Positions 11,506 through 23,940 of a stretch of DNA of 64,000 nt are shown one piece after another. The DNA comes from Nemertoderma westbladi (Eukaryota > Animalia > Xenacoelomorpha): assembly GCA_032718475.1 (NCBI GenBank), contig JAUCBJ010006938.1, positions 62,001-126,000 of the forward strand, written 5' to 3'. The first letter of the stretch is position 1, and the number at the start of each line of letters is the position of its first letter. Below the pieces are notes generated by a model. The model searched no databases and had not been told where the DNA came from. It was given only the letters and a program-made list of their open reading frames with translations. A program made the position numbers and the translations under genes.

Positions 11506-13354
11506 CTCACCTTGCAGGGTAACCTATATCCTAAGTCGTGCTATTCCTAATATTCTTGTGTGCAATAATATTAATTAATTATTATTTGATCAATGGTGTT
11601 ATAAATGATTAATTGTGATAATTGTATAATTATAATATAATTATTATAATAACTATAATAACTCTACTATTTACAAATATTGCTATAGATATTGCATAAT
11701 GAGTTGCAGACAAATTAAACTTACAAAATATTATCTCTTCCGAAGTTAACGATTATTACATACAAATTAAAATTACAAAATACTGTTTCTCATTCGTTCT
11801 ACATAATGATTACTACATACAAATTAAATTTACAAAATACTATCTCTCATATATAAAAATTTGCTAGGGCAGGTGAAAGGAGTAAGCCAAACCCGCAGGT
11901 TTGTCTCCCCAATCACCTCCTTCGCCTTTCTCATAATATAAATTCAAATTGGTACGACTAGTGTATATGAGTCCAGTCGGATATTTACGAAAATGCTACA
12001 ATATACATCAGAGCGACGATGATGTATATATCTAGAGTCTGTCACCCCGTGATATGAATGCATTACCGACCAGCTCCTGGGTTCTTTGGGCTCGCTCCTC
12101 TCTTTCGCCCCCTTCCCAGATACACCAAACGTCCTCCAGTCGCGCTTGTGTCCTTCTGGGCTCCTTCCCGAGGCGCACCCACGAGGCGGACACCTTTCCA
12201 CCACCCCTGGGGCCAGTCCGACTGATGTTATTATCAGACCGGGCCGGGGGGTGGCCCGATGCTTCCCGGGTTCAATTTTCAATTCCCCGATCACACCGGC
12301 ACAGCTTGTCAAACGTGTAGCCAGATGGTCAGCTACTGTCAACTTACTGTGGGCTGACTGTACATTGAGCCAACTCAGAGAGTCAACCGGCAGGTGGACC
12401 AGTCGATAGCGATCAAGCACCAAGGTCACCCTTGGGCCTAACCGACAGTCTTGTCCCACGTGGGCTTGCGCTACCCAACATGGAATTTTGACTCATTTTC
12501 ACCTGCCTCGCCGGCAGTATTGAAAAAACAATACTGTCTTGCTCAAAAGCTAAGAACAAGTAACCACTTACCAGTCACTGTACATGTGTACTCAACAGAT
12601 GTTCACAATATCAAGTACACAAATTGGACACATACCATGCACACACAGAGGACATAATCGGTAAAGACAAAATCGGGGTCAAAGTCGGGAGGGACTAGTT
12701 TTATCGACTAGAGAGAACATGAGAGTCGAGAGTACCTTATTTTGCCGTCAGGGCAAAATAACTTTGTGTGCACAAAGTATGCTGGGGTGCAGTAAAATAT
12801 GGTCCTACTAATACCAGTGGCGACTGAGCCAACTGGCAAGGTTTCCCACTCTCACTCGCAGTGGCCATACACACAATCACGTGTACTCACGTACCCACAG
12901 CAACAGAAAGCTCAAAGACCCAAACAAATCCCAAAGACCAATCAGCTGAACATGGAGACAATAACATATTGTATCAAAAAAACGGAACAGCTGATTGCCA
13001 AAGGAACCCATCCGAGCCCCAAGTAAACTGCCACTGATTGCCCACATACAAATCACAGTTCACACCACATAACACCACAAATCACGCCATGCCACCACCC
13101 CTACTGTGTACAGGACTGGCAGTACGGCAACAGGCTGACTAGACGGTACCACGGCACCATGGCAATTCATGGTTTGTTAGACACGAGGGCCTTCAGTGAC
13201 TCCCTAGCACTATAGTCAAAATTTAACGTGCCCCTAGACCCTCACGAGTCCGCCGCCACCTGTTCAGAGCACCCCTATAGAGACCTCACCTCTTTAGGTA
13301 CTCTGTTGACGTTGTCAGCGAGGCGTCACTCCCCGGGACCGGCGACGATGTTCC

Positions 13355-16230
13355 CTAAGCCCCGACAGATTCCCGGCTCGTACTTCTCCCTCGGCCTCGT
13401 CCCAATTGTCGTGCTCCTGTGGTCGCTTCCGCCAACTCTTCCTTTTGCAATTGCACGCGCGCCTTCTCTGACGCACCCTGCGCCTTGCGCTGAAATCGCT
13501 GAGCCTCTATAATAGAATGATAGTGGTCGTCCTTGACTTGACGCTTGTCTTGGACCTCTCCTCTAGGTTCCTTCCGTGAGCCTTGAGCTCCAACGGTCGT
13601 CGTTGTGGGCGCCGCGGTTCGCTGTTCCTCGATTCTCTTGGCAGTCAATGACCCCACCGGTACGTGAGTCAACAAAAACTCGTTGTGGTATTGTATAGCC
13701 GCCATCCTCCAATCTCCTCGCGCGTTCACCACTTTTCTAGTTTCCAAAAACAAACCTTTCGTAATACGGTCGCAAATAGCAACAAAGTTCCAAGTGTACT
13801 TATTATCCATATTCAATTGTCTGAAGTATTCCCGAACAACGATGACTCCAGTGTTCTGTGGAAGGTCTTGAGCGGTTAGGATGAGCTCTTGATATTGTGG
13901 TAACGACTGTAGATATGGCTCATACGTAACGTGTGATGGGTCTACCGCCCAAAATCCATATCCCGCCTTAAATGGTAACCAACGCATCTGCGCTTGAATG
14001 TGGTAGTCAGCCACACCCTCCCACTTATCTAGCATCTCCCGAAGTAGGTTAGCGCTATGGTTTTGGAAGGAATCGTCTCGCAGTTGGCATCTCGCGCTAT
14101 GATGTCCCTTTACTCCACAATATCCACATTGAGAAATGAATACGGTGCACGTATGAAACGAATGGTCAGTCTCATTGCACCAACGGCAGACCTTATGCGC
14201 CGCCTCCACTACCGCGTCGCACGATTTTTGATTGTGCCTTGTGCTGCCGCACAACTTGCACCTACGCGCTTGTGGAAACCAGGCCCTCTTGTATATGAGG
14301 TCTCCAATCGGTTTCGCACTTCCTTCTTTCCCAATGTCTCATACGATGTCGTCCTCTCCGGTCAGTGGTTGTCGATCCGGAACAAAGTAAACATCCTCGC
14401 CCTTGTCCTCTATCTCCAATATTTCCTCCCGCGTTCGTTTCGGATATGTCTTCTCCACCGGAAGATCTACTCCAAACACCTCTACTAACGTCTCCGGCCA
14501 ACCCTCTCTAACAGGTCTATCAGCCTCCGAGTGGAAGGGAGTACCAAACCCGCGGGTTTGATTCCCGAACCATATTCTGTCGATATATCCCTTCGAATAT
14601 CGCTAATCCTCTCCTAACCATCGACGTATTCTCTAACGATTGGTTGAAGAACGGGGTTAAGAAACGCTTCATCACGTCGGATTGGATTCCCCCTTTCCAG
14701 CGAACGTATTGATCTCCTCCGAACACTAATGGATGATGCTTCAAAACTCACGCAACGATATCCGCTAATAAACAAGTTACCGTGTTCAACTCAAGCACCA
14801 AATAATATTGTAGTGACGCACGGGGTGGCGCGCAAATGTTCCAATACACTAACGCTTGCCGCTTGAAGTAGGATTTGAACTCCGCTCCTGGTGGCGTGTT
14901 ATATTCACCATACGCCTCCTTGTACTTCTTCTGCGTTTTCAACTTGAAGTCCCAATTATACAACAAATGTGCTATGAAGCCCATACCAGTCTTGGCAGAG
15001 TTGGGATACTCCCTATAAATTCCAATGTCTTGTGCCCATAGCAACAATAGCTTGGTGTCGACAAACGGTCTCGGCAATCTATCTTCTAAATCAGTCATGG
15101 CGTTAAAGTCACTCTCCAAATCACTCTCGACTCCCGATCCCACCTTGACGTAATCTTGGTTGAGAATAGCCTCTCTAACCTTCTTGGGTAACATCCTGGC
15201 GTCGATACACTCTGCTCCGTGCATACCTCCTCGCCTGCATATCTCCAAAATCTGTTCCCTAGGATCCTTTCCCTTCCGATATTGTGTCGTTATTATGGGC
15301 TCCGGTCTCGCTCGATCCGCCCTTACGCGCATAAACACATGAGTCACACCATCGGCCGTGCGAATTTGAATGCATTTGCTAGTCAAGCATTCCTGATGAG
15401 ACCCTCCTTCATTGTCGTAGAACATCACTCTCCAATCCTGTAGTGATTCCTCCGTTTTCCTCCACTGACGCTGAATCTCGTCTGATGGGGTCCACATGCG
15501 CTCGATAGCCTTGTGGTCGTCATATCGGGTGTAAGAACCCTTCCTCCTCAGCCACGCCTGGTCTACCTCCTCGTCGTCTGGGAACGTAGCCACCGTGACC
15601 CATACCTTGATGTACTTATCCAACCATCCGAATAACTTACTCTCCTTCCCCGGAGCTCCAATCTTATCCAGTGTGTCATAATCCGTGATCTGCATCGGGA
15701 CATCACGCAAGAACTTCGCGCATAAAACTTCCCGTAGACAGTCGACGTTCCAATGATCCGACATCCTCACCATCGGCAAGAATCTAATCGCTTCTCGCGA
15801 CTCCGGGTGATCTACCAATATCGCAGGTTCGTTGCCGTCGGAATAATACACCGGTCAGGGTTGAGATATGGCCTGTGGAACAAATCCGGTCACTCTCCTC
15901 ATCTCCTCCTGATGTCTATCCGTGGTCTTATTATAATCCACTACCCGCGCTTCGAATAACGGTTTCGCCTTCGCCGCTCGCTCCTTCTGCCGCAACGCAT
16001 CTATGTCGTCCTGATGCTCAGGCGTGAGGTTTCTCGCTCGATGAGGCGAAGTAAACGTAGTCCAGGGACTTGAGAGCTCCAAACCCGCGGGTTTGGTACC
16101 CGAGTCCCGTGCCGCTTCGCGCTGCGCCTCTAGGTCCTTGTAGGCTCGGTACAGCAAAATGGCCGCTGCCGTCTCTATCAAACTAGGTGTCGAACAGGGT
16201 TTAATCTCCGTATACGGATCTAATGTCGTA
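13355..16230 (-). pseudogene. Extra gene of element 1, C-terminal part: DEDDy 3'-5' exonuclease-like domain plus three CCHC zinc knuckles and an R/S-rich tail
   Basis: FYDNEG (ExoI), CIQIRT, LPKKVREAILNQDYVKVGSGVESD (ExoII), FVDT, TGMGFIAHLL, W..P..QYYLVLE (ExoIII); CKLCGSTRHNQKSC, CRWCNETDHSFHTC, CGYCGVKGHHSARC; ORFs 15855-16181, 14748-15851 and 14520-14744 share one frame separated by TGA stops. Confidence 0.75.
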
Positions 16231-19200
16231 CCATTGCTGTTGGCAAACTAAGCGAGGCCCAACACGAACTCATCGAATACAAGGACAAACTCCCCATGGC
16301 CACATCTGTTCCGATGACGAACCCGTCTAGCAACTCCGTCCAGACCGATATCCTGCGCGAGCATGTGGATTCACAATCCCACGCGCCCCAGCGAAACAAC
16401 AAGCGATCTGGTGATCCGCATGCCGCTGCGATGGCGACCATAACATCCGGGAACGACGATAACTCACAAAACCCATGGCTCGAGGCACACACTCGACGGC
16501 AGAGGAGAGGAAACAGACCAGGTCCAACAGGACCGCCAACACCATACGTCCCCGTTACTATCGGAGAGGGAGGAAGCCAGCATCCTAGGGAGTCACTTTC
16601 ACGCCAACCGACGGAACACTGAACATTACGTGGAACTAAAATCGGAAGCTCATTACATGCTGCAGCACCACCCTCATCACTCACCCAGAACCGCCCGGTG
16701 CCTCCGCCATGGAAAGCTCATATCCACGTAGGCCGCGTAGCACTCGACGAGTCCGAGGAAACTCTGGGAGAGTATCTTCAGTGTGAAAAGATCCCATTTA
16801 CCCAAATCTGTGGACTCCCACCCAGTACACCCCGAATCGGTGTATCGTTCTTTCCACGTTATATGTGACCAGGAACATAGACAAATGATTATGAACCCCG
16901 AGATCTGGGAAGAGGGAATAACAGTTAAAAACTACAAATTGACCAACGCCGAGAGAGAATCATTTGGCCTATGCCCGCGGGTACAACACCGCCACCGCCA
17001 GGACACCCAACATGTGACAGCGACAGCCCCTCGTGTAGACGGTAACGGAGCGGATTGACAACCAAACTCTAAAAGTAAAATCAATGTTTCGCTGCGGAAA
17101 GTGGAAGGATGGAACTACCTACAAACAAATCTAAACCCTAAAGGACTATTTAGTAACTCTGACATACTATTACTAACCGAAACGTTTCAAGTAGAAGAAA
17201 ATATTTGCAGCGCCCCATATAAACCTTTCATCCAACCAGCAAAAAAGAATCAATATGGCCGCCCATCTGGAGGTCTAATTGTCCTAGCTGTTCCAAAATT
17301 AGATCCTCAACTACTTATCAAAACAAATGAATACATGGCAATTAAGACAATGGCTGGAATTTATATTGTCTTCTATTTTACCCCCAACACTCCTGTAGAA
17401 GAAGTAATATTTGCAATAAACGAATCACTAACATACACAGATGCTGATGACACAATAACTCTTGGTGGGGATTTCAACTGTCGAATCGATTCGGGGGATA
17501 GGGGAAACGACCTGACAGAATCACTCCAAGATATTGGGTTCGAGTTACTCAATAATCCGAAATTAAAGACATATATCTCTCCCCAGGGCGAGAGTACTAT
17601 AGATCTTCTCTATATAAGAAACCCCACTTCCCACCGATGCACAAACATCACGGTCAGCTTAGAGAGCAATCCTATCAGGAAGCACCAGAAAATGCATCTA
17701 TCAATGGAGTACTCCAAAGAAAATGGTGAATGTAACCCAGAACCTGTTTTTCGAAGTAGTAGGACTCTAAACCTTAACCGCTTTGAGCAGGAACTTAATG
17801 AAGACATGATCGAATTCTTCTTAGAAAAGGAAGACATCGACGCAGCGACAGCACACCTAACAGAAACAATAAACTCTGCGTCATGCCCCCCCAATAAAGT
17901 CTCAGACCACCACAATAAACCATGGTTCGATGACGAGTGCAGGACTTGCAAGCACCAACTACTTGAGATGATGGCCAACCACCAAAACTCGCCTGCTAAC
18001 AATGACCTGTACTGGGCGAATAGGAAGAAATATAAAGCCTTACTGAAAAACAAGAAAATAGCGTATGAGGAAGAAATGCTACTCGAAAACTTAAAACAGG
18101 TGGAGATCAAACCTTGGATGATCTTCAAAGAGGGGAAACTGGCGAAATCAATCCCCATAGAACCAGCAACTCTGAGGACCCACTTCGACAATTTATTGGG
18201 TGTAAGACTGGACCCTCCCGGAAGCAGCACCCCACCTTCGCCATCTGAACAGGAGAAATGTGTTGAAGAGTGGTACAATGAGCCAATCAGAGAACAAGAG
18301 GTAAGCGATGCTATACAGAACTCTGCATCAAAGAAAGCCTGCGGCCCAGATGGAATATTTTACGAACATTTAAAAGCTGCAGGTCCCTTCCTAATTACAA
18401 TTATAACTCTCCTTTTCAACTTCTGCCTAAACATGGGCGCAATCCCACTGTCATGGACATGTAGCATCATCAAGGCTATATATATACAAGGGGAAAGGGA
18501 GCCTGATGGACCTAAATAACTATAGAGGTATCGCTCTTATCAGTGTTTTCCTAAAATTATTAACCTCCATACTAAACAAACGGGTTCAACGGAACATATC
18601 CCACCTGTTCCCAGATGAGCAATATGGATTTATACCAGGGAGATCAAATATGCAAGCAATAAGGAAACTCGTCTCAGATATTAACAAAGCCCTTCACTCA
18701 AAAGAAGACCGTGTAATGTATGTAGCCTTTGTTGATTTTAAAAAGGCATTCGACCTAGTGAACTGAGCCTTGCTCCTTGGCAAGATATATAACGATTTCG
18801 AAATAAAGGGGAAATTATTCGGCTTCATTAAGGCATTATTAACAAATACAATAACAATATCCGACAGTTTCAGCCTATCAAAACCGATCACACAGTTGCG
18901 AGGAATTCTGCAAGGAGACTCATTCTCCCCAACTTGCTTCATAATTTTTATTACCAGCCTCGCAACTGCACTCCGTGCAATATCGAGAGCGATACGATTC
19001 ATATTCTTTGCGGACGATCTAGCCTTTTATTCTTCGAATCCACAAGTTATCCAACGCAGTTTTGATGTCCTAGAAGAATGGTGTATAAATAATTCAATGG
19101 AAGTGAACCTCTCTAAAACAAAAATAATGAAGTTCCGTAAAGGTGGCCGGCTGTGTATTAACGATAAATTCTACTACGGGGGAAAAGAAGTTCTCATCTG

Positions 19201-20065
19201 CAATGAATACGAATATCTTGGCATAACCTTGCAACCGACCCTCACTTTTACCAAACATGTTAACAAAAGAAAGCGGAAATCTTATGCAGCGATTGGTTGT
19301 CTTCGAAATTTAAACAGACTGTCAATATGTACCGCAATGAAGATCTTCGCAATGAAAATACAGCCAATGGTATCATATGGTCTTGTAGAGATCGGTTGCT
19401 TCTTTACAGTTGCACACATGAAAGAACTGGATAAAATCAAATCAAAGTTTATTAAAAGGGTGCTCTCCCTACCATCCAACTCATCGACAACCATGGCCAT
19501 TAAAGCTATAGGAGAAAAAACATTCATTGAAGATCTCCTTATCGTAAACCCCACGCTATTCAACCCTACAGCATTAGACCAATATCGCTCTTACCGAACC
19601 AAACGCACAGAAAACATCAACCAGCAGGGTTACACAAGGGGCCCAGCCTTCACAACTTCGAGTTGGAAATCCTCACAGCAGAGAAACCGGCACACTGTCA
19701 CCAGGGCAACCGCCCATGGGTTTCACTACCTCATCTGCTTGACCTGCACCCCTTTCCATGAGCTGTCATCGCAATGTATTTGTAAATATTGTAAGAACTC
19801 AGCCGTGGACAGATACCACGCTCTCAACTGCGATTGCTGCCCCTCTCTGACAGAACTGGCCAGCCACCCATATCACTAAAAGAAAAATTGGTTCACCACA
19901 GCAATGAGACTTTGATATTCGTACTGAATCGTATTTCATTCCAACTAATTGTAAAATTTTTAATTAATTTTAAACTTATTGCTCCACCTGTATATTGCTA
20001 TTTTAATAATTTTAAAAGAATAAACCTTTTACCCCGTTTAGGGGTGCACCTTGTTTTAAAAAAAA
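16231..20065 (+). mobile_element. 5'-truncated APE-type LINE (CR1/L2/RTEX-group-like)
   Basis: TSD aatgtcgta at 16222-16230 and 20066-20074; ORF1 remnant; AATAAA, hairpin acccc-gttta-ggggt (20031-20045) and poly(A) tail. Confidence 0.9.
17101..19879 (+). pseudogene. LINE ORF2: AP endonuclease, reverse transcriptase, C-terminal Cys/His domain (one frameshift, one stop)
   Basis: LLTETF, GRPSGG, GGDFNCR, STIDL; GPDGI, NYRGIALIS, FVDFKKAFD, LQGDSFSP, FADD; CKYC..HALNC. Confidence 0.9.
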
Positions 20066-20712
20066 AATGTCGTAACGGTCGGCGTAATGGGTCTTGGAGG
20101 TCGCTTTCCGCTGAAGTCGATACTGATCATCGGGTTGCTCATTGGGTAACCTCCCTCGTTGTATCTAAGGAATTGGTGAGCTTTACATCGCGTTAATATT
20201 GGTTCAGGATGTTGCTCGTCCAATCGGTCGGGAATCGCCACGTCTTGTTTGTTCATGCATTCACCACATTTATAGAACAACTTGTATACACTGAAGACCT
20301 TTGGAGTCTCTGGATCCTCGCCTCGAGTCCTCCGGTACAGATGCATTCCATCGAACTGATCTTGGACTGCAGGTAGAGGTTCATCGTGTCGTAAATACAT
20401 GTTCATATGGTACAGCCGCGCAATCTCCTCGTCCGGATCCGCACTAATGTCGCATACGTCTAACGCAAAATCATAGGGATACCGAGTGCAATACTCCTTC
20501 CGCAAAACTTCCATACGGTCCCCCAACGCTCTCATTCTTTCCCTCCTTAATTCCTTATCATACGCGGGTTTATACTTTCCATTTAGCTCCATTACCGACC
20601 TTCCATGGTAGTAGACATTCGAATCTTTACATCCCGGTCGGGCAAATGGTAGTTCCGCCTCCTCTCTAGCAGTAAATCCTCTCCGCGGTTGCGCTCTAAT
20701 TTCCTTCTCCAT
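20066..20712 (-). pseudogene. Extra gene of element 1, N-terminal part (split off by the LINE insertion)
   Basis: MEKEIRAQ...CGEC...C..H...PITPTVTT; removing the LINE and one TSD copy gives in-frame PITPTVTT-LDPYTEIKPCSTPSLIETAAA. Confidence 0.75.
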
Positions 20713-21266
20713 TATGAGCCGCGTATATACATATATATATTCCAATAGGTTCCGTTACGTAACTAATTACACTGTGGGTAAATCAGTTAGATGCCGCCGA
20801 AGGACAGACCTCCCGAACCCCCCGCCTTCCAGCAGTTCAGGTTCGACTCTCTAGATCCCGTCTCATTCCTAACTATACTCTAACCTATTCCCATGCGTAG
20901 CGCAAAACTTTGGAGATAAACTGGCCGTGACCAACTCACTTTTTGATGCCCAAACTACTCCCATTACTTGTACTAAACTACAGTAGTTAGAAAGGACAAT
21001 AGTCTCATTGCTCGACTATACCAAACCCACAGGTTTGATAATCGAACATCACACTTCACTGCGAACTACTGAGTGGGGTCGTGTACGTCTCTGGCGCTAC
21101 TAACCTTTAGCACCTTAGTTGCACTGTTGGCACGAATCTGTGGAAGTTGCTAAACTCAATTTACACTCCTACGTAATATAGCCGTCACCATGGTTTCTAA
21201 ATGCTATTTTCCAGGCTTCACGACTTTTCAAATCACTGTATATCTATAGAAGAATTCAAAATGCGT

Positions 21267-21998
21267 CTATGTAAAAGATGGGTCATATGCCTGCACTCTC
21301 GCTTCCGGGAGTTCAGCCATCTCCTGTTCCAATACTCTGGCGTTCACCCTCTTGCAAACCAGACAGGCGTCGTACATAGTGCCTACTGCCCTGCTTGGCT
21401 GCAATAGAATGAATCGCTGTCTCGCTGCCGACAAACAGTGTAACTTTCCCGCATGATGCAACCTCTTGTGTATATCCCATAGAATCGCTCTTTGCAATTC
21501 TATTGGGTGACTAGGGATTATCACTGGGAACCTAAACTGTGAGTTTATGTCGACAGTCTGGATTCTCGATCTATGACAAATCAAACCCTTATGGATTAAT
21601 GGACTCCATTTTCTAAGGGGTTTATAGAGAACTGGTCATTGAGCCGATAATAGATGGAATTCTTTTGGGAAGGCACACATTTGATAATGTTTCAAATGCT
21701 TTAATTCCGCTTGATCAATCTCATCCTCTGTCAGAGGTTGTTTCAATTTCCAAATTCGCTCACTATTAGTGCTTATTTGTTCTCCCAAATGTTCCGAATG
21801 TTTTATACAAAGGTACGAAATGTATCGGCTTAACCACGCAGTTCTTTTACAAATTGTCAGCCAAGAGGCAGACGAATTTAGTAATTTGTCATAAATACTA
21901 CATGGCTCTAATGCCAGCAACGGTTGTCCGCTAACTAATGGAAGTTTCGAATCCAAACCCGCAGGTTTGGAAACCAAAGGCTCCATTGTGTCGGTCAT
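21267..21998 (-). pseudogene. Bel/Pao pol remnant: post-RNase H linker and integrase HHCC zinc finger only
   Basis: SSASWLTICKRTAW, LTEDEIDQAE..Q..AFPKE, FPVIIP, IHKRLHHAG...CLVCKR, MAELPEARV. Confidence 0.8.
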
Positions 21999-22107
21999 TT
22001 TCTGTCCGACAACCTAACATTATCGGGAATCAACTCCTCGTCCGACTCACTAACGTCACTATAATGGTCAATACAGGTTCTCCTAAACTCGTCTATGTCT
22101 GGTGGTT

Positions 22108-23540
22108 CTACTGTCTGGTGGTTATAGGCTGTAATTCGTCGTATCTATCTATTGGCTTGTCGCCACCTGTAAACTCATAAGACATGGGTACTCTTGTATA
22201 CCAACCTAATATAGTCCTATGGGCATGTGGTCCATTGACATGCGGCTCAGCTGGTCTCGTTTCCCATATTTGGTGTGCGATCAGCTGTTCTGCACCAATC
22301 AACATAGAAACATTCCTATAACCTACCTGGTGTCTCGGTATCCTGAGCTTGTCAAAATACTCCTGTGCTATGGGACTCATCGGCGGCACCTTACCTAACT
22401 GCCTGCCGAATCCCTTCATAGCTAGACACTTAAATCCGTCCAATGGCAAAGCTTTCCGTTCTTGTCGAGTGTGTTGGTCTCTCGGAAGTAGGGAGTCTAG
22501 TTCCACCGAAATTCTGTGTCCCTTGAGGTCACCTACCCCATGCATAGACTTCAACTCTATTTGGATCTCCTCGGCGTCCTGGAAGCTAGAAACGGCTCTC
22601 GCCACTTCCTCGTCGATATAAGATAATGTGGACGCAGTGTCCAACATCACATATATTCGTTTCGATCCCTTATCGCCAGTAAGTTTCACCGGAATCACGC
22701 TAAATATTTCCGACGTGGCCGATAATAAATACGTCCGCGCGCTGGTCGATGAACTATCCGTGGTGAAACCTTGGCAGGTCACCTCTCTTGCGCTCGACTC
22801 GCCATCCTCATCCGACGAACCTGGTTGGTAACCATCGTCCTGGATGCCGGTGTACGTATTCCTCCTTATCGATACGGGTTCTTTGCTCCCCTTCCTGTGA
22901 GGATTTCGCTGTAAGTAACGGTCCATTGGGGTGTGGAAATCCGCATGTAGCAACTTGTGATGTAGTCTGCTGCATTCCATGCATCCGTCCTTGCTGTTCG
23001 GGCACTGCCGCCGTACATGACCTGGCGCAAGACATGCCAAACAGGTGTCCAACGTCCGCACTTGAACTCTTCTCTGTTCCGAATTTAATTATTTGAACCG
23101 TCTGCAACTATCTAACTTATGGTCGTCAGATCTTACCTCCTTTAGTAAACAGTATTGGCAACCTACAAATCCATCCGGCAACTCCTGTTGCTTTAACCTA
23201 GGTCTATCTAACCGCTCACCTGACCATACTCGCGAGTCTGATCTAAAGGCTGGGGTACTCGAATTATATCTGTCTACTGAGTTATAAGTCACAGTGGTCC
23301 TGTCATCGTCAAAACTTACCATAGACTTACCGGTAACAGGTTTAGACTCTCTCATATTCTCCTCTGAGAAGTTTGATTTCATCTCTGCTACCGCGTCTGT
23401 GGCTATCATGTCATGGATATGCTGAAGTGTCAATACTTTACCTTGGCTCTCCAACTTATTCTCTAATTTGCGCCATTTCTGTCGGTAACGCATGTTTAAA
23501 CGTCTTATTACGCTCTTCAAAACTTCAAAACATGACGGCG
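22108..23540 (-). pseudogene. Bel/Pao gag C-terminus plus aspartic protease
   Basis: CQYC..H..C, CLACLAPGHVRRQC, CMECSRLHHKLLH, VMLDTASTLSYI, MLIGAE, RTILGW. Confidence 0.85.
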
Positions 23541-23541
23541 T

Positions 23542-23684
23542 CATTGTCCCAAGTATGGAGGCCGTCAGAAAGGGGGGGTCCATTGTCCCAAGAATGGAGG
23601 TGGTCAGAAAGGGCGGGGTCCATTGTCCCAAGTATTGAGGCCGTCAGAAAGGGCGGGGTCCTTTGTCCCAAGTATTGAGGCCGT
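23542..23684. repeat. 39-40-bp tandem repeat, about 3.5 copies
   Basis: cattgtcccaagtattgaggccgtcagaaagggcggggtc. Confidence 0.85.
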
Positions 23685-23940
23685 GTTGCTGATTAATATG
23701 GCGATGAGGAGGTGGTTTTAACAGGAACTGGTGGGATCGAGGCTCCAGAGTGGTGGCGTGGAGACGAGTTCCTGTCTCCTTTAGGAAAGCCGCCGTCTCA
23801 GGGCCGGGACGACCAAGTGTCTCGAAGGCAACTGGACAGAAGGAGTACCCCCGATCATTCAGTTCCTGGTACTTCCTGGTACTTCCGGATCTTTAGGGAT
23901 TCGGCCTCCCAACCACTATACAGCCTCCAGTGGCGAGGTG

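Larger units (their letters stand above)
7661..11653 (+). mobile_element. Near full-length CRE-like non-LTR retrotransposon (RT plus restriction-like endonuclease)
   Basis: N-terminal Cys cluster, RT motifs, CCHC and RHD/RAD..D..K RLE motifs, (ATA)n-rich tail; possible TSD tataataa at 7653-7660 / 11654-11661. Confidence 0.85.
5152..23540 (-). mobile_element. Bel/Pao-derived element 1 (internally deleted, 5' truncated) with an extra exonuclease/zinc-knuckle gene; hosts nested CRE and LINE insertions
   Basis: Bel-type gag knuckles, protease and integrase HHCC remnants at 21267-23540, extra ORF, LTR plus PPT, shared 16-bp palindrome along its length. Confidence 0.7.

Noticed and set aside
11944-12459. 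171-aa minus-strand ORF as a second cargo gene of element 1
   Set aside because: No ATG start and no recognisable motif; unsupported, though not excluded
15394-15420. CTGATGAG as a hammerhead core
   Set aside because: No stem II-GAAA-stem III context; lies in exonuclease coding sequence
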